Made by a program: the position numbers and the translations under genes. A DNA stretch of 64,000 nt from Octopus sinensis. Its lineage: Eukaryota. The notes beneath the pieces are model-generated. The model ran no database searches, was not told the DNA's origin, and worked only from the letters and a program-made list of their open reading frames with translations. The DNA is taken from NCBI RefSeq assembly GCF_006345805.1, contig NC_042999.1, positions 47,802,001 through 47,866,000 on the forward strand. The letters are read 5' to 3'. The first letter of the stretch is position 1. Every line of letters begins with the position of its first letter. This document shows positions 12,730 through 25,545 of this stretch, in pieces.

Positions 12730-13249
12730 CTTTGATTATGACAGCCACCACTGATGTGAAAATGGTCGATTACAAAGGAGGCATGAAAAATATTAAATAC
12801 TCCTAAAGCGTATTCTTGCGCGTGTACAGCCGCGGTGCCGTCCTCTTTGAATTTCATCTATTTTGGAAATCTTCTTGCATATTTCCAGAATCGAAGGATA
12901 AATAGCAAATCAATTACAGCAGGAACTAAACTGAAAACAGGATTTGACACAAGAAAATTTTATCCGCTCTCTTACACAGAGGGCCTTTGAGAAGTTACTG
13001 AATATTGGCTCATCATTTAAATCTTCATAAAGGAGTGTAATAAATTATATCTACACTTTATTTTATCCCCCGCAAATAATGAACATCAAAATTGACCGCT
13101 TGACTAATATCAAAATTTATTCGTGGACGATATAGTAAAGAAGTTAATGAACTTCTTTTCTGTGTCGAAGCAGCAGCAGCAGTAGTAGTGGTAGTTGTAG
13201 CATTTGCTGTAAGAACGTGCCGCTGCACCCGCCATTTGTTGGTGATTCC

Positions 13250-13412
13250 CAAGTCCTAGCCTGTGACCCCTTTGCATCACTTAGTCGACTACCCTCCAGC
13301 CCATTGGTCTCTTAGGTAGTTGTTACTGGTGACGTGCTATGAGGTTGGAATCCAAGTCCTCTTTTAGTTGCCTTCTATGATACGTAGAGGAAACGTTTTG
13401 CCTATTCTTTGA
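13250..13412 (+). mobile_element. Possible retroposon fragment with RTE-like 3' tail
   Basis: ctcttttagttgccttctatgatacg...cctattct resembles the RTE 3' tail motif as recalled from memory. Confidence 0.3.
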
Positions 13413-14609
13413 CAAGCCTGTTGTCACACCTTTGTTTGTTAAGGATGTATAATATGATCAACATGCCTTGAATGTAACCGAAACCATCACATAATGACAT
13501 CACACTAGTTTCTGTATGATACCATGTAGTATCTCCTAAATAATAATTTTGGACTCGTCTCACCTGATTTGCGATTCGTTATCACTCACGATTTTAACTC
13601 CGTAAGCGTGTTTACTTTACATATCACTTTAAGAATATCAAATCCCAATTAAGTATATCCGCATGGATGCTCATAAGGAAACTGGCCTGTTAAAATGTAC
13701 GAATATAACCTTCTGATATCGTGACTTGACGTGACAGAGAGAGAGAGGTAAAAAAGGCATATTGGCAGCTAAATTTAGACGTGAAGGTATTATATTTTTG
13801 TGATCTACTTAAAATGTTCATATACGACGTTGAATTATTAGAATCGGCGTAAAAATATGCCATACAGGTGAGTCTGTACACGAAGATTTAGCTTCTATTT
13901 GTTTTCTATGGCAGATTATCATGAACTACACACAAATGTTCAACTTATATCTTAAGTATTTCTCGATTATAATGTTTTTATATCAATAATTCAAGGAGGC
14001 TATAAATTAAGGACATGATATCTGTGAAACCTCCTCATTTTGAATTTCAGTTATGCTTACATTTATAAAGTTTCTCAGAAAATGTATGCTTCTCACACGA
14101 TTTTGTTTCTTCTCTAGTAAGCATATCAAATACCTTGATATACAAGGAAACCATTATTGTATGAAAAATCATACGCTTTTTATCACTTTTGTTCTAAATT
14201 CATGGCGTTAGAATAGAATATGAAATTTGCAATTTCAATGCAATATCATGTAAAATTTTGTATAGCGTCTGGACTCGGCTTAAAGTGTAACTATCAAAAC
14301 AAAGTTCATAATAAAAGGCAATCAATTTAACAATTATATGAAAACTCCATTTGCGAAAGCTGTTTCAGTTGTCTATATGCTTCTTACAGTTCTATAAATG
14401 TTTAACACAAAATTAATTATATAGATTGTGAAATCCCATATTCAGATATATATATATATATATAAATCAATAGAAAATATGATTAAATAATTTTGCAATT
14501 GTAATGATGCACAGGTTATTAATAGTGCTGTAAGGAATTAAGCCGATAAACGTCAAAAGCATATTTTGCGTCCCGTTTTACTTATACATTTATTAAAATG
14601 CAATTGTGA

Positions 14610-14773
14610 GTGTACACATATATATATATATATATATATATAAAACTATATTTACATGTGTGTATATATGTTTGTGTGTATGTATCTGTGTGTGCATATG
14701 TGTGTATATATAAAAAATGTATATATATATATATATATATGCACATATACAGATATATACACAAGCATATATA

Positions 14774-14809
<36 letters not shown>

Positions 14810-14870
14810 AGCAGTTACATATGTATATGCTTTTATGCAAACACACCCTCATATATGTGTGTGTGTGTAC
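14610..14870. repeat. Compound (TA)n/(TG)n microsatellite
   Basis: Directly visible. Confidence 0.9.
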
Positions 14871-15811
14871 AACTGATTTGCGGGAAAATGTTCATCTATT
14901 AAATTTCACTGACCAGCTTAGGAGGACAATTATATAATTTAAAGAATGTTAATGATCCTATTCTATTTGTATCTGTATATGTTCAATTAATCTCCCTAAA
15001 CTCTGAACTTTATCCAGTGTTTATCATCGTAACATTACAGAATTTTTCCTCTTGATTTGGGATTTTGACATTTTCAACAATTTGATCAATTTACAACTCC
15101 GACATCGTGTCTCTAAAAACGAAAAGAACAAATATTTAATTGATGATTAAATCGAGCTAAAATATCGATCAATGTTATGTTCTGCTTCCTCTTTTAATGA
15201 TTTCAACATCATCGACAAACCCCCCAAAAAAAATGTTGCTTATTAGCGAACTGGCAATATAAACAACTAAATATATAAAGACAGAATATTTGTGCTGTGC
15301 GACCTCACCAGCAGATAGTCTTAAATAACTGACTCAAAAGGGCAACTGTCAAGTGGTACTGGTTTTGATAAGTCAAAATTACCTCTTTTAGTAAGCAAGA
15401 GTTAAATCAAGACTTTACCGCTGCCTCCCAATGTGAAAAATCTAGTACTAGGTGCCGCAAAACAAAAATAAACATCTAAACAGATTTACACATTGAAACG
15501 ACAGACTGTAGTCTACGCTCCTTGACTGAAGTTTTCTAACACGATCGAAATGAAGTAGTAGTGCAGTTATGCTCTCATGGTTATGGGTAACTGCATTGAC
15601 ATGTTTCATATCCATTGACGAATAGTTTATTTAGCGTGAAAATTTAGCATGCTTAAGTTTGGGTTTATATCAGTAAAGGAGAATGAGATTATCATCTTTA
15701 TTACCAGAAATGTTCCACAATTTAATTTTATTTTCATTTCACAACATTCTGCATTAGCGTGCGGTTCTTCAAATTACTGGCAACCTTAATTTGGTATATT
15801 TATCGTTTTGT

Positions 15812-16192
15812 TTTTCTATTATTTGTTTCCGTCATTAGAGTGCGGCCATACTGGAGCACCGCATTCGACAGCTTTTAGCTTAATGAATCTACAGCAGTGC
15901 TCATTTTGCAAGGCATGGTACTTATTATATTCGACTTCTTTTTGCCGAAGAGGTAAGTTATGGGGACGCAAAGAAACCAAGCCCAGTCATCAAGAGATGG
16001 TGGGAGAGAAAAACAGACACAAAGACACACACACGCACACATGTATACGACGGGCTTCTTTCAGCTTCCGTCTTCCGTCGGCCGAGGCTATAGTAGAAAA
16101 GACTTGACTAAGGTGCCACGTAGTGAGGCTGAACTCGGAAAAAAGTTGCTGGGACGCTCGCTTCTTACCGTACATGCGTGTCTGCGTCTGTG
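15812..16192 (-). mobile_element. SINE family B (diverged)
   Basis: Reverse-complement similarity to 12336-12729. Confidence 0.8.
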
Positions 16193-16332
16193 CCTGAATA
16201 ATCTGCCTTAATTATAGTAACACGACGATAAATTTATCAGGAATCATATTTAGACGTAATAGAAGACGATATCCTGCTTAAGAGGTAAAACGGTGAATAA
16301 ACTAATATTTTCGCTGCATTAAATCGTCGACA

Positions 16333-16545
16333 GAGGTGACAAGCTGGCAGAATCGTTAGAACATCAGGCAAAATATTTAGCGGCATTTAGTCTGTCTTAA
16401 GGTTCTGAGTTCAAATTCTTCCGAGGTCGACTTTGCCTTTCATCCATTTGGGATCGATAACTTAAGTGACAGTTAGACGCTGGGGGCGATGTAATCAACT
16501 AGCCACGCTCCTTCCACCAGATTTCAGGCCGCCTAAAGTAGTAAT
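16333..16545 (+). mobile_element. SINE family A monomer (diverged)
   Basis: gctggcagaatcgttag ... gagttcaaattc ... gtcgactttgcctttcatcc. Confidence 0.8.
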
Positions 16546-16873
16546 GATTATTATTACTAGTTTTAATTATGGCAGCGAGATTGCAGAATCCTTAGCACTC
16601 CAGACAGAATGCGCCCTCATACACCCCCCCCCACACACGCACATACATATATATATTTATATATATATATATATATGTATATATATACATATACACATAC
16701 ATATACACATACAACATTCATTTCTAGAGTATCTTGTATTTTGTATCTGCAATCCGTCAGCGAAGCGTCTCTATTTAATCTCTTATTTCTAAAATTCCCT
16801 ATACGTCTGCGAAAAACCATACTGTGTGGTTGGGTTTTCTCTTTCCAGGTAAATGTCCCTACCTAACTCTTTC

Positions 16874-16914
<41 letters not shown>

Positions 16915-17861
16915 CCTTTGATTCTCTCTTATTTCCGTGTGACCTATTTTAATTATCTGTTTGCTGTCTCACTGTTCCACTGTTTTTCGACGGTTCTCTA
17001 CTCTAATAACCATTTATATCATCATCTTCAAAGCAACAAGCTTGTAATACATCCAATTCAGTCCGATCTAATCCAAATACTGTAGACAAAATATGTTCGA
17101 TACAGAGCGATACTGAGTTTCTTTTGATGTGATTTTGTCGTTTCATTTCATATTTACCATATCATATTGAGTAAACAAGGGAAACAAGAGAAAGATTCAA
17201 TATATATTCCCGACTCTATATCAAATGTCAGCTTTCACAGCCAAATAGTTACATAACAGAACAAATGAAACACCTACTCTGCTTTCTCATTGGCACAAAG
17301 CGTCAATTATAATGCTTGTGTTACTAGGATTTGTGGTGTCACTACAGCAGCATGAATTGACAGGGTTGAGAAATTCGCTAAACATTACACAGATTTACAA
17401 CATTATAGAGTTCGTTGTCATCAGTATTTTGTTTTGATTGGCAGTGGTATCAGTAATTAGTGTTTGCAGATATTTCTATTCTTTTTGCTTTTGCACTTTT
17501 GAGTAATACGAATTATAACAAAATCGTTGTCCTAATATTTAACGACTTTCACATACTAATGGGTGCTTATTTTAAACAGGTATATATCACAATGAGCAAG
17601 ACAAACGTGTTTTGTTCTAAACATTTTATTTTAAATAAATAATCCTGTTTAACGATAAGCACGTTTAACAATGCCTATTTATGCTGCCATGAATAAAATT
17701 CAATCTCGAAATATTTGACAATTTTATGGAGTTTTGAATGAAACCTATATAAAAGTATATATAGATACATGCATATTTACATACTGTGTGGTTGGGATGT
17801 GTGTGTATATATACATACGTGTGTGTGTGTGTGTGTGTGTGTAAAAGTATATGAAATTGTA

Positions 17862-18047
17862 TACTCTTTACTTGTTTCAGTCATTTAGTCGAGCAAATCG
17901 ACGCCAGGACTTATACTTTGTAAGCCTAGTACTTATTCTATCGGTCTCCTTTGCCGTACCGCTAGTTTACGGGGACATGAACACACCAGCATCGGTTGTC
18001 AAGCGATGTTGGGGGGACAAACACACACACACACACACACACACACA

Positions 18048-18084
<37 letters not shown>

Positions 18085-18250
18085 CATATACACCAAAGGC
18101 TTCCTTCAGTTTCCATCTCTCAAATCCACTCACAAGGCTTTGGTCGGCCCGAGGCTATAGTAGAAGACACTTGCCCAAGATGCCATGCAGTGGGACTAAA
18201 CTCGGAACCATGTGGTTCGTAAGCAAGCTACTTACCACACAGCCACTCCT
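17862..18250 (-). mobile_element. SINE family B
   Basis: Reverse-complement similarity to 12336-12729, with an internal (CA)n tract. Confidence 0.9.
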
Positions 18251-19814
18251 AGGTTTTACTTTTTATACATCTCTCCTATGGCGAAAAATAGCGTCTCTAA
18301 TCCAGGAACATGAGGCATTTTAATTAAGGCATACAATTAACTTGGTAGCGACGCATGAATATCTTTATCTACGTACGTATACATGATTTCCCTTTATGCT
18401 TATGTTGTCATGCCCAGCCACATTATTTTATGCAAATGAATGTCCATAGTAAATTAAACTGTGAGTCAATTTATCATCACGAACATAAAACTCAGTACGA
18501 AATCAGACCTAAATATTTTAAGATCCAGTATCAGAATGAATTTGACGAGTGCTGGCCTCTGTCTTGCCGTTCCTAGATGGCTTGAAACTAATAATTACAG
18601 ATAAGTGATTTTGAACGATCCACAACAAAGATTGTTATACCAAGCAAGAATTACAATGCGGAATTGAACTTATTATTTGATTTCTCCTCTCGTTCTACAT
18701 TCTGTATATGAATGCGTTAAAGCATTTCAGTCGCCTGATAAATATTCTGACGACCACTACATAAACCAATACGGCCCGTTATCTTAATATGTTAAAATCC
18801 AGTACTTCAGCGCGCTACTGCTAATTTTTAAAAGGAAAATAAAAAAAGGAAAAAGGCAAATATGAAAATACACAACTGATTATCCTACAATTATAAGGAA
18901 TTATTGATTACAATTTCTGAATGGAATAATTACTTCATCGATTATTCCATTGATTAATTGAATATATTTTGAATTTTGACAATAACGTTATTCAAATGTG
19001 CATTTTCAACATTTAAAAGTTAACAATTTTTGAAAATTTTCTAGTTTCTCCCCATAGCAACAGATCTAGTTAAAAGTTTAATAACTTGACCGCCGAAAAA
19101 AAAGTTCACAAACTAATTAGAAGAAAAAAATATGAAGTGAAATATGCATTTATGGAGAACTCATGTATAAACAACATGATTTTAAACTGTATAATCTGCT
19201 ATTTACCCAGTAACTCTACCAGATACACACAGACTGCTACTTTCCCACAACAATTATCTTGGGTTATTTGTTTCTGTCCCAATCAATTGTAACAAAGTTA
19301 GTTTTGTTTTGTATTTCGTAAAGATTATTGGTTATAGAAATTTTATTGACAACCAGGGACATGAATTTCACACTATTCATATTTATCAAAATACACGTCT
19401 ATAGAAAACGCCTTGTTTTATTTCAGGAATATATGTATATATTTGTATATTCATATTTAAGGAAGGCGGTGATACAACTCAGAAATTTACTCGTGGGTTA
19501 GAGATATTTTAAGTTATAATCCAACATAGATATGTAGCTTTCTTCCTTATGATGTACCTCGTGTACAAATCTGCAAACACGTGTGTGTGTGTTTGTGTAT
19601 GTATTGTGTGTGGTGTGTGTGTGTATGTGTGTGATTGTGTGAGTCCACGAGTGTGCGTTATTTATAAGTATGAATTATAAATTACAGTTTCTAAAGTGAT
19701 ACCACTTGTTCCGCTTTTCCACTCTTTCTTCTGTATTATACATATATACACACACATATATGCATATATATATATATATATATATATATACACGTTTAAA
19801 TATTTGTTGTGCAA

Positions 19815-20030
19815 GATTTTTTATGTGAAGTCGTGTGTTGAAACAGATATTGTCATATTTCGGAATGGTCATTTTGCCAGTTTAGCCAATAAAAACACAC
19901 GCACTATATATTTGGTGTTACTTTGCTTCAGTGTTATTTATTTTTTACATTAATCTTAATCTTATTTCGGGCAGAGTTCTTTCGTCACACTCATGTGACC
20001 GCATCAGTGGTCCTTTGTTTTCTTCTTACT
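19815..20030. mobile_element. Repeat family D (putative Penelope-like element end; carries a hammerhead-like motif)
   Basis: Reverse-complement match to 37680-37865; partial match to 3075-3175. Confidence 0.65.
19968..20013 (-). ncRNA. Hammerhead-ribozyme-like motif, core variant (A9 to C)
   Basis: Minus strand reads GGACCA CTGATGC G GTCACA TGAG TGTGAC GAAA GAA CTC TGCCCG; perfect 6-bp stem II. Confidence 0.5.
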
Positions 20031-20112
20031 TATTTGTCTCTCTCCTTACCAACCGTCAGCCATGTGTTTTTATTTGCTAAACTGACAAAATGACCATTCC
20101 GAAATATAACAA

Positions 20113-20162
<50 letters not shown>

Positions 20163-20168
20163 CACACG

Positions 20169-20235
<67 letters not shown>

Positions 20236-20236
20236 C

Positions 20237-20289
<53 letters not shown>

Positions 20290-21742
20290 ATGAATAAAGT
20301 TACTATATGATCTAGTTTTCAGATTTTTAATTATTGTATTATATTGTATTATATGTTTTTATTATTGTGTTACCCTTCAACATTGTAAAAGATTTTCTTA
20401 AAATAAAATAATAAAAATCGTGATAAACATGCTGTAACTTTATTCAACCGATATATAATTCTATTCACATTTACACAAGTTTAGGAAAAAATGTATATCT
20501 ATATATGTGTGTGTGAGTATACACATATATTCATAAATACATCCATACACACACATATCCTTTATTCGGTTAAACGTATAGGGGAAAAACCTAACCATTA
20601 CTACGTCCATTTAGTCATGCTATGAAACACTACGGACAATCAGTTGGTGAGGTTTGTATGTGATTAGAAAATATTCAATAATGTGAAAGTTTACCTCACT
20701 AGTGAGTTGGATAGGCGATTATATTATTCTATTATATTTCAGTGGAATTAGATTTTCGTGTAACGAAATTTGCTATCAAGTACATATGGCTTACGGATTT
20801 GAAATGCCGCGAGCATATTCATTGTTCTGTTGTTCTTATCACATAATAAAGTTAGATTCATTTTCGATTTTCATAATATCGAACGACAAAAGCGCTAAAA
20901 TACGAACTACATATGTTTAGAACATTTTGGTGGACTGAATATACCGGCATAACTATTTTAATAACAATCATGCAAAAATTATTTATCGTAAATATATGAA
21001 AGATGTGAGAGTGAATCTCAAAACAGAAATCTTAAATTTGTACAAGAACAAATTAAAATAACTTGCGGTGTAAATCACAGCCGGAAGTTTTAACATTAGC
21101 TTCGGATTTGGTGTCTTGCTGTTTTATGCCTTAGTAAATGTTACGAAGCGCATGATAAATGGTATGATTAGGAAAAACCCGTAAGCTGTAACTGTCATTT
21201 TGCAACAAAATTTCCCTACAATCCATTTATTTCGTCCGAACATATAATACCTTTATTATAAGTGATTGAACGAAGCGCAACATGAAATATAAATTCTGAA
21301 ATATAAGCAGGAGTTTTGGAAAGTTACACAAATACGTTGGTTATACGTTTATATATTTTCAGTTTTATATATCCATAGATATCTAAAATATATATAGAGA
21401 GAGCGGTACCGCAGCATCGCCACGGCCTCAAAGCTGAAACATATAAAAGAGTCACAATCGTTTCATTCACACATTGAGTTTGGTGATACTAGTTGCGGAT
21501 TCTAGCTCGCTCTGATACTGAGTTGAGTTGGTGCCTTCTAGTATCTCAAAATTCAATATATAATCATTTATGATTATAGTATTCTACGCTGAAGAGAAAA
21601 GAAGTTTCGGTAAGATAGAATTATTTAATATTTAATATTTAATTCTTATGCTTTCCTAAAAACTTGATTTCGAAACGTACGTCCGTAGATAACTTAAAAA
21701 TGTATGATAGATTGCCGTCAATTCATTCTCTCTTACCTGTTT

Positions 21743-21877
21743 GTGTCTGCCTTCCAATTGCTGTTTTTACTGAGATCTCCCTTTTTAGTAGAAGAAATAG
21801 CTATAACTCTTTGACTGCTATTTCTAAATTCGGTATGTGGTAAGGCAATTCGTTGCTAAACCCTTTATTGCTAGGTA
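21743..21877 (+). repeat. Repeat family C (~130 bp), copy 1
   Basis: Matches 41141-41271 and 22036-22088. Confidence 0.8.
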
Positions 21878-22035
21878 TTACTTAAATTTTCCTCGAATGA
21901 GGCTTTTACATGCCGAAGACTACTTGGTGTAATTGATAATTATTCCAAATTAATTAATTTCACCCTTCATTATTACGGATAACCATATTTTATCTCAGTA
22001 GATGACCACAGCATCTTGTTTTGGCTACACGCTAC

Positions 22036-22083
22036 CTAAATTCGGTATGTGGTAAGGCAATTCGTTGCTAAACCCTTTATTGC

Positions 22084-22088
<5 letters not shown>
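22036..22088 (+). repeat. Repeat family C, partial copy
   Basis: aaattcggtatgtggtaaggcaattcgttgctaaaccctttattgct shared with copy 1. Confidence 0.8.
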
Positions 22089-22151
<63 letters not shown>

Positions 22152-22181
22152 GGAGATATATAAATATACACACACATATGC

Positions 22182-22215
<34 letters not shown>

Positions 22216-22340
22216 ATGTGTATATATAAATATATATATATATGTGTGTGTATGTGTATATATAAATATATATATATACATGTGTGCATGTGTATACATA
22301 TATATACACACGACAAATGGGAAGAAGCTATTTTAGATAT

Positions 22341-22721
22341 TCTTTTATTTTTTTTGTTTCAGTCATTGGACTGTGGACATTCTGGAGCACCGCCTTCAGT
22401 TGAACAAATCCACACCAGGACTTATTCCTTGTGAGCCTAGTACTTATTCTATCTGTCTATTTTGCCGAACCGCTAGGTTACAGAAACGTAAATGCACCAA
22501 AATTTGGGTCATGCGATGGTGGAGGTGACAAACACAGACACACAAATACATGCATACACATACATATACATGACAGGCTTCTTTCAGTTTCTGTCTACCA
22601 AATCCACAAAGCTTTTGTCGGCCCGAGATTATAGAAGGCACTTGCCCAAGGCGCCAAGCAAGGGGGCTCTACCCAGAAACATATGGTTGGGAAGCAAGCT
22701 CCTTACCACACAGCCACTCCT
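22341..22721 (-). mobile_element. SINE family B
   Basis: Reverse-complement similarity to 12336-12729. Confidence 0.85.
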
Positions 22722-23622
22722 GCGATAGCATATTTCTAATAGCCTACCTGATTTCACAGATAATTTTGAACTTAAATTTCAAGAAAAGTAGAAAATGGGG
22801 ACCTATGCCTACAAATGACTTGCTTCTGACTCGTGTTGGAAAAGTCTCTTGTTTTCATGGAGAGAACATGGTTCACATTAGTATCCGTTTATTTTACACT
22901 TTGATTGGCAGAATATAATCACACGATTAAGCGTAGAATATTTTCTACGATCCTCGCTACGACCGTGTGATAATGTCAAGTGAGTGTTGTTTATTCGTCG
23001 AAAGTTAAGGCCGACATGGTTGAATGAACGTTTCTTGTGACGGTCGTAAACAACCAAGGATCTCACTGTTGAGTGATTTAATCCGATTTAATCTGTCGAG
23101 TGGCAAAGTGGACAGGAATTTTCATAGGATCATTAAATTTTGTTAGATCTCTGTTGTTGTCTGAGTATTACTGCTAGGGAGCCCTCTTGATGTTAATATA
23201 TATATTTTATTTATTTATTCGCGTTTGAATGATGATATTGTGGGAAAAAAATTTTCTATATCTACAGGCGGACTGGATATGATTTGTGTGTATTTATGTA
23301 GGCATTAGATTTTGTTCTAAATTCTTGCGTTAGTGTCATGAGAGAGAGAGAGAGAGAAAAAAATGGTTGTGCTCAAACGTAACGTTATTGAGTGCAAATT
23401 CAAAAGGACAAGTGATGGGTGAGCTCGTGCGTGAGTAATTGTGGCTGAATATAGTTTGTTAAAGTTCTAGTCTAGATTTGTATACTTGTATGAATATAAT
23501 TTCTTTGTGATAATATTTTCTGGTGATAATATTGTAAGTCTCCCTGTTTTGAGATTGTGCGTGATAATAAAGGGTAATGTACTGTGCTTTTCTGAAGTAC
23601 TGATGTTTGTTTTCATATATAT

Positions 23623-23696
23623 ATATATTAAACCACTACCGCGGTTGAAGGATATATATATATATGTCCTTCAACCGCGGTAGTGGTTTAATATAT
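23623..23696. repeat. Perfect 30-bp inverted repeat (hairpin) with a 14-nt TA-rich loop
   Basis: atatattaaaccactaccgcggttgaagga (23623-23652) and its exact reverse complement (23667-23696). Confidence 0.95.
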
Positions 23697-24988
23697 TCTT
23701 AAGTTCACCATTTCGTAAATCGCAGCAGCTTCCAAGCTTCACCACTAATTTTGATCTCAACTAAATTCCAAACTGTTAACAGTTTTAAAGAAAAGCAGTT
23801 GGCATAAATAATTTGAGATTTGGTTCAGCAAAAAAAAGTTACACCAAAATATGTCAGATCTCAAGTAGGCAGCAAGGTAGATATTCATCTTCAATTAACA
23901 TAAAACTTTAAATTTTTAATTAAAAGTATACTTTCCTCAGGTTTAAATGATAGAAAAATGCACGAGGAATTCAGAATCGTTAGTCGCATTGAACAAACAT
24001 CACTAGAAAAACAGTTATGAGGTAAAATGTTACGAAATATAATTTAAGAAGTAACGCATACGCAATAAGAATAATATATTTCTAAAATAAATGTTCACAT
24101 TCAAAGGCGGCGAGCTGGAAGAAACATTAGACATGCATTCATGGACGTATGTCTACATCACTATATATGCTTTTGTGTGTGTCATTTTGTACCTGAAATT
24201 TCACTCGGTTACGCATTCATCAGATACATAGATAAGAGACTCTGCTGATTAGAAATTATGAACAGCAAAAGGATAAACATTTTTCTCATCTTGAAATATA
24301 TTCAAATGTTTTATCATAAGCCCATTCCCTCCAAGATTTCCAACATTGTTGTAGATAGTTTATTAGTACTATATTAGATGATGCATCTTAAATTAACACG
24401 AAACAAAAATACCCAGCTTGACGGAAATCACGTTGTAATTATTCAGATCACAATATATTTATAACTTTTTTTACTATTTCCGCTCACAAAATATTTGCGA
24501 AATTAATTAAATATATTTTCAACAAGAAAAATAATTTCACACATTTTGTCGTTATGTTCGCCTAATTATAATTTGTGAGAAAAATAATTTTATTCCTTAA
24601 TTTATCGAAATTTTAATTTCAAATACTAAGCATATGTTTTCTTTTTCTGTAAGTTTCAACTTTCAACATGATATTTGCCTTTCGCTTGAAAAATAAAAAA
24701 ATTTAAATTATGGGAAATACTAGGTCATTGAGTATATGAAATATAATCTCAGCGTTAACTTAGATTAATTGAAAAATATTTGAGAGGCTTCCTGCTCCTT
24801 ACACACGTATGCAAAGCATCTGATCAATAACAACAATATCAAGAACAATGTGTAAGATTACAGATAGCACAGCTTGCACATAGTGATAAATCAAGCTGTT
24901 CTACAATGAAAGGGGCAAAGCATTTATAGCTAAAAGTGGAAATTAATTCGTTCTGGCATAATTAGCACAAACATAGAACTTTTGTATT

Positions 24989-25022
<34 letters not shown>

Positions 25023-25446
25023 ATATACATATATATAGGGAGAGAGAGAGAGAAGAGGTGAAGGGAGTTCATTAGTTAAATGGAAGAAGTTCCGGGGTAT
25101 ATGCTCGGCGTCATACTTAGTGAATTTGCTAGTTGATAAAAGTGATGACTAAATGATAATACTTCGTGGCAATAATCAGTATTTCAGTGCTTGTGATGGG
25201 ATTAATCAATGGCAACAAGTAAAAAACAAAAAATATGAATCTCGTACGAAAACAAAATGTGACGTTTAGTTTGGCCTTCGTAAGCGAAGTTTCGCTTTTA
25301 CGTACTTCTATTATTCTATATGTTTTATTTTTCTCAGAAGAAAATAGGTTACGTAATCAAATAGAGTGATATGAAGATATACAATAGGACTTCGCTAGAG
25401 TTGCTACTTCCTGCGGAGTGTAGCTGAATTTCAATATCCTTACCAT

Positions 25447-25545
25447 TATACAAAGTGTGCTAAAAAATTCTTGGATTTGGGTAAAAAAAAAAATACAGGA
25501 GAATTTTATTCAATATATACCCTCTCAGGTTCACACATTGCAGTA
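25447..25545 (+). mobile_element. Possible decayed mariner-derived MITE end
   Basis: tacaaagtgtgctaaaaaattcttggatttgggtaaaa resembles mariner-type termini; recognition from memory only. Confidence 0.3.

Noticed and set aside
14582-14937. Many 60-290 aa ORFs rich in YI, CV or HT, here and at 20, 22, 29, 32, 34-35, 38, 41, 43-45, 52-54 and 63 kb
   Set aside because: They are translations of stop-poor (TA)n, (TG)n and (CATA)n microsatellites, not genes.
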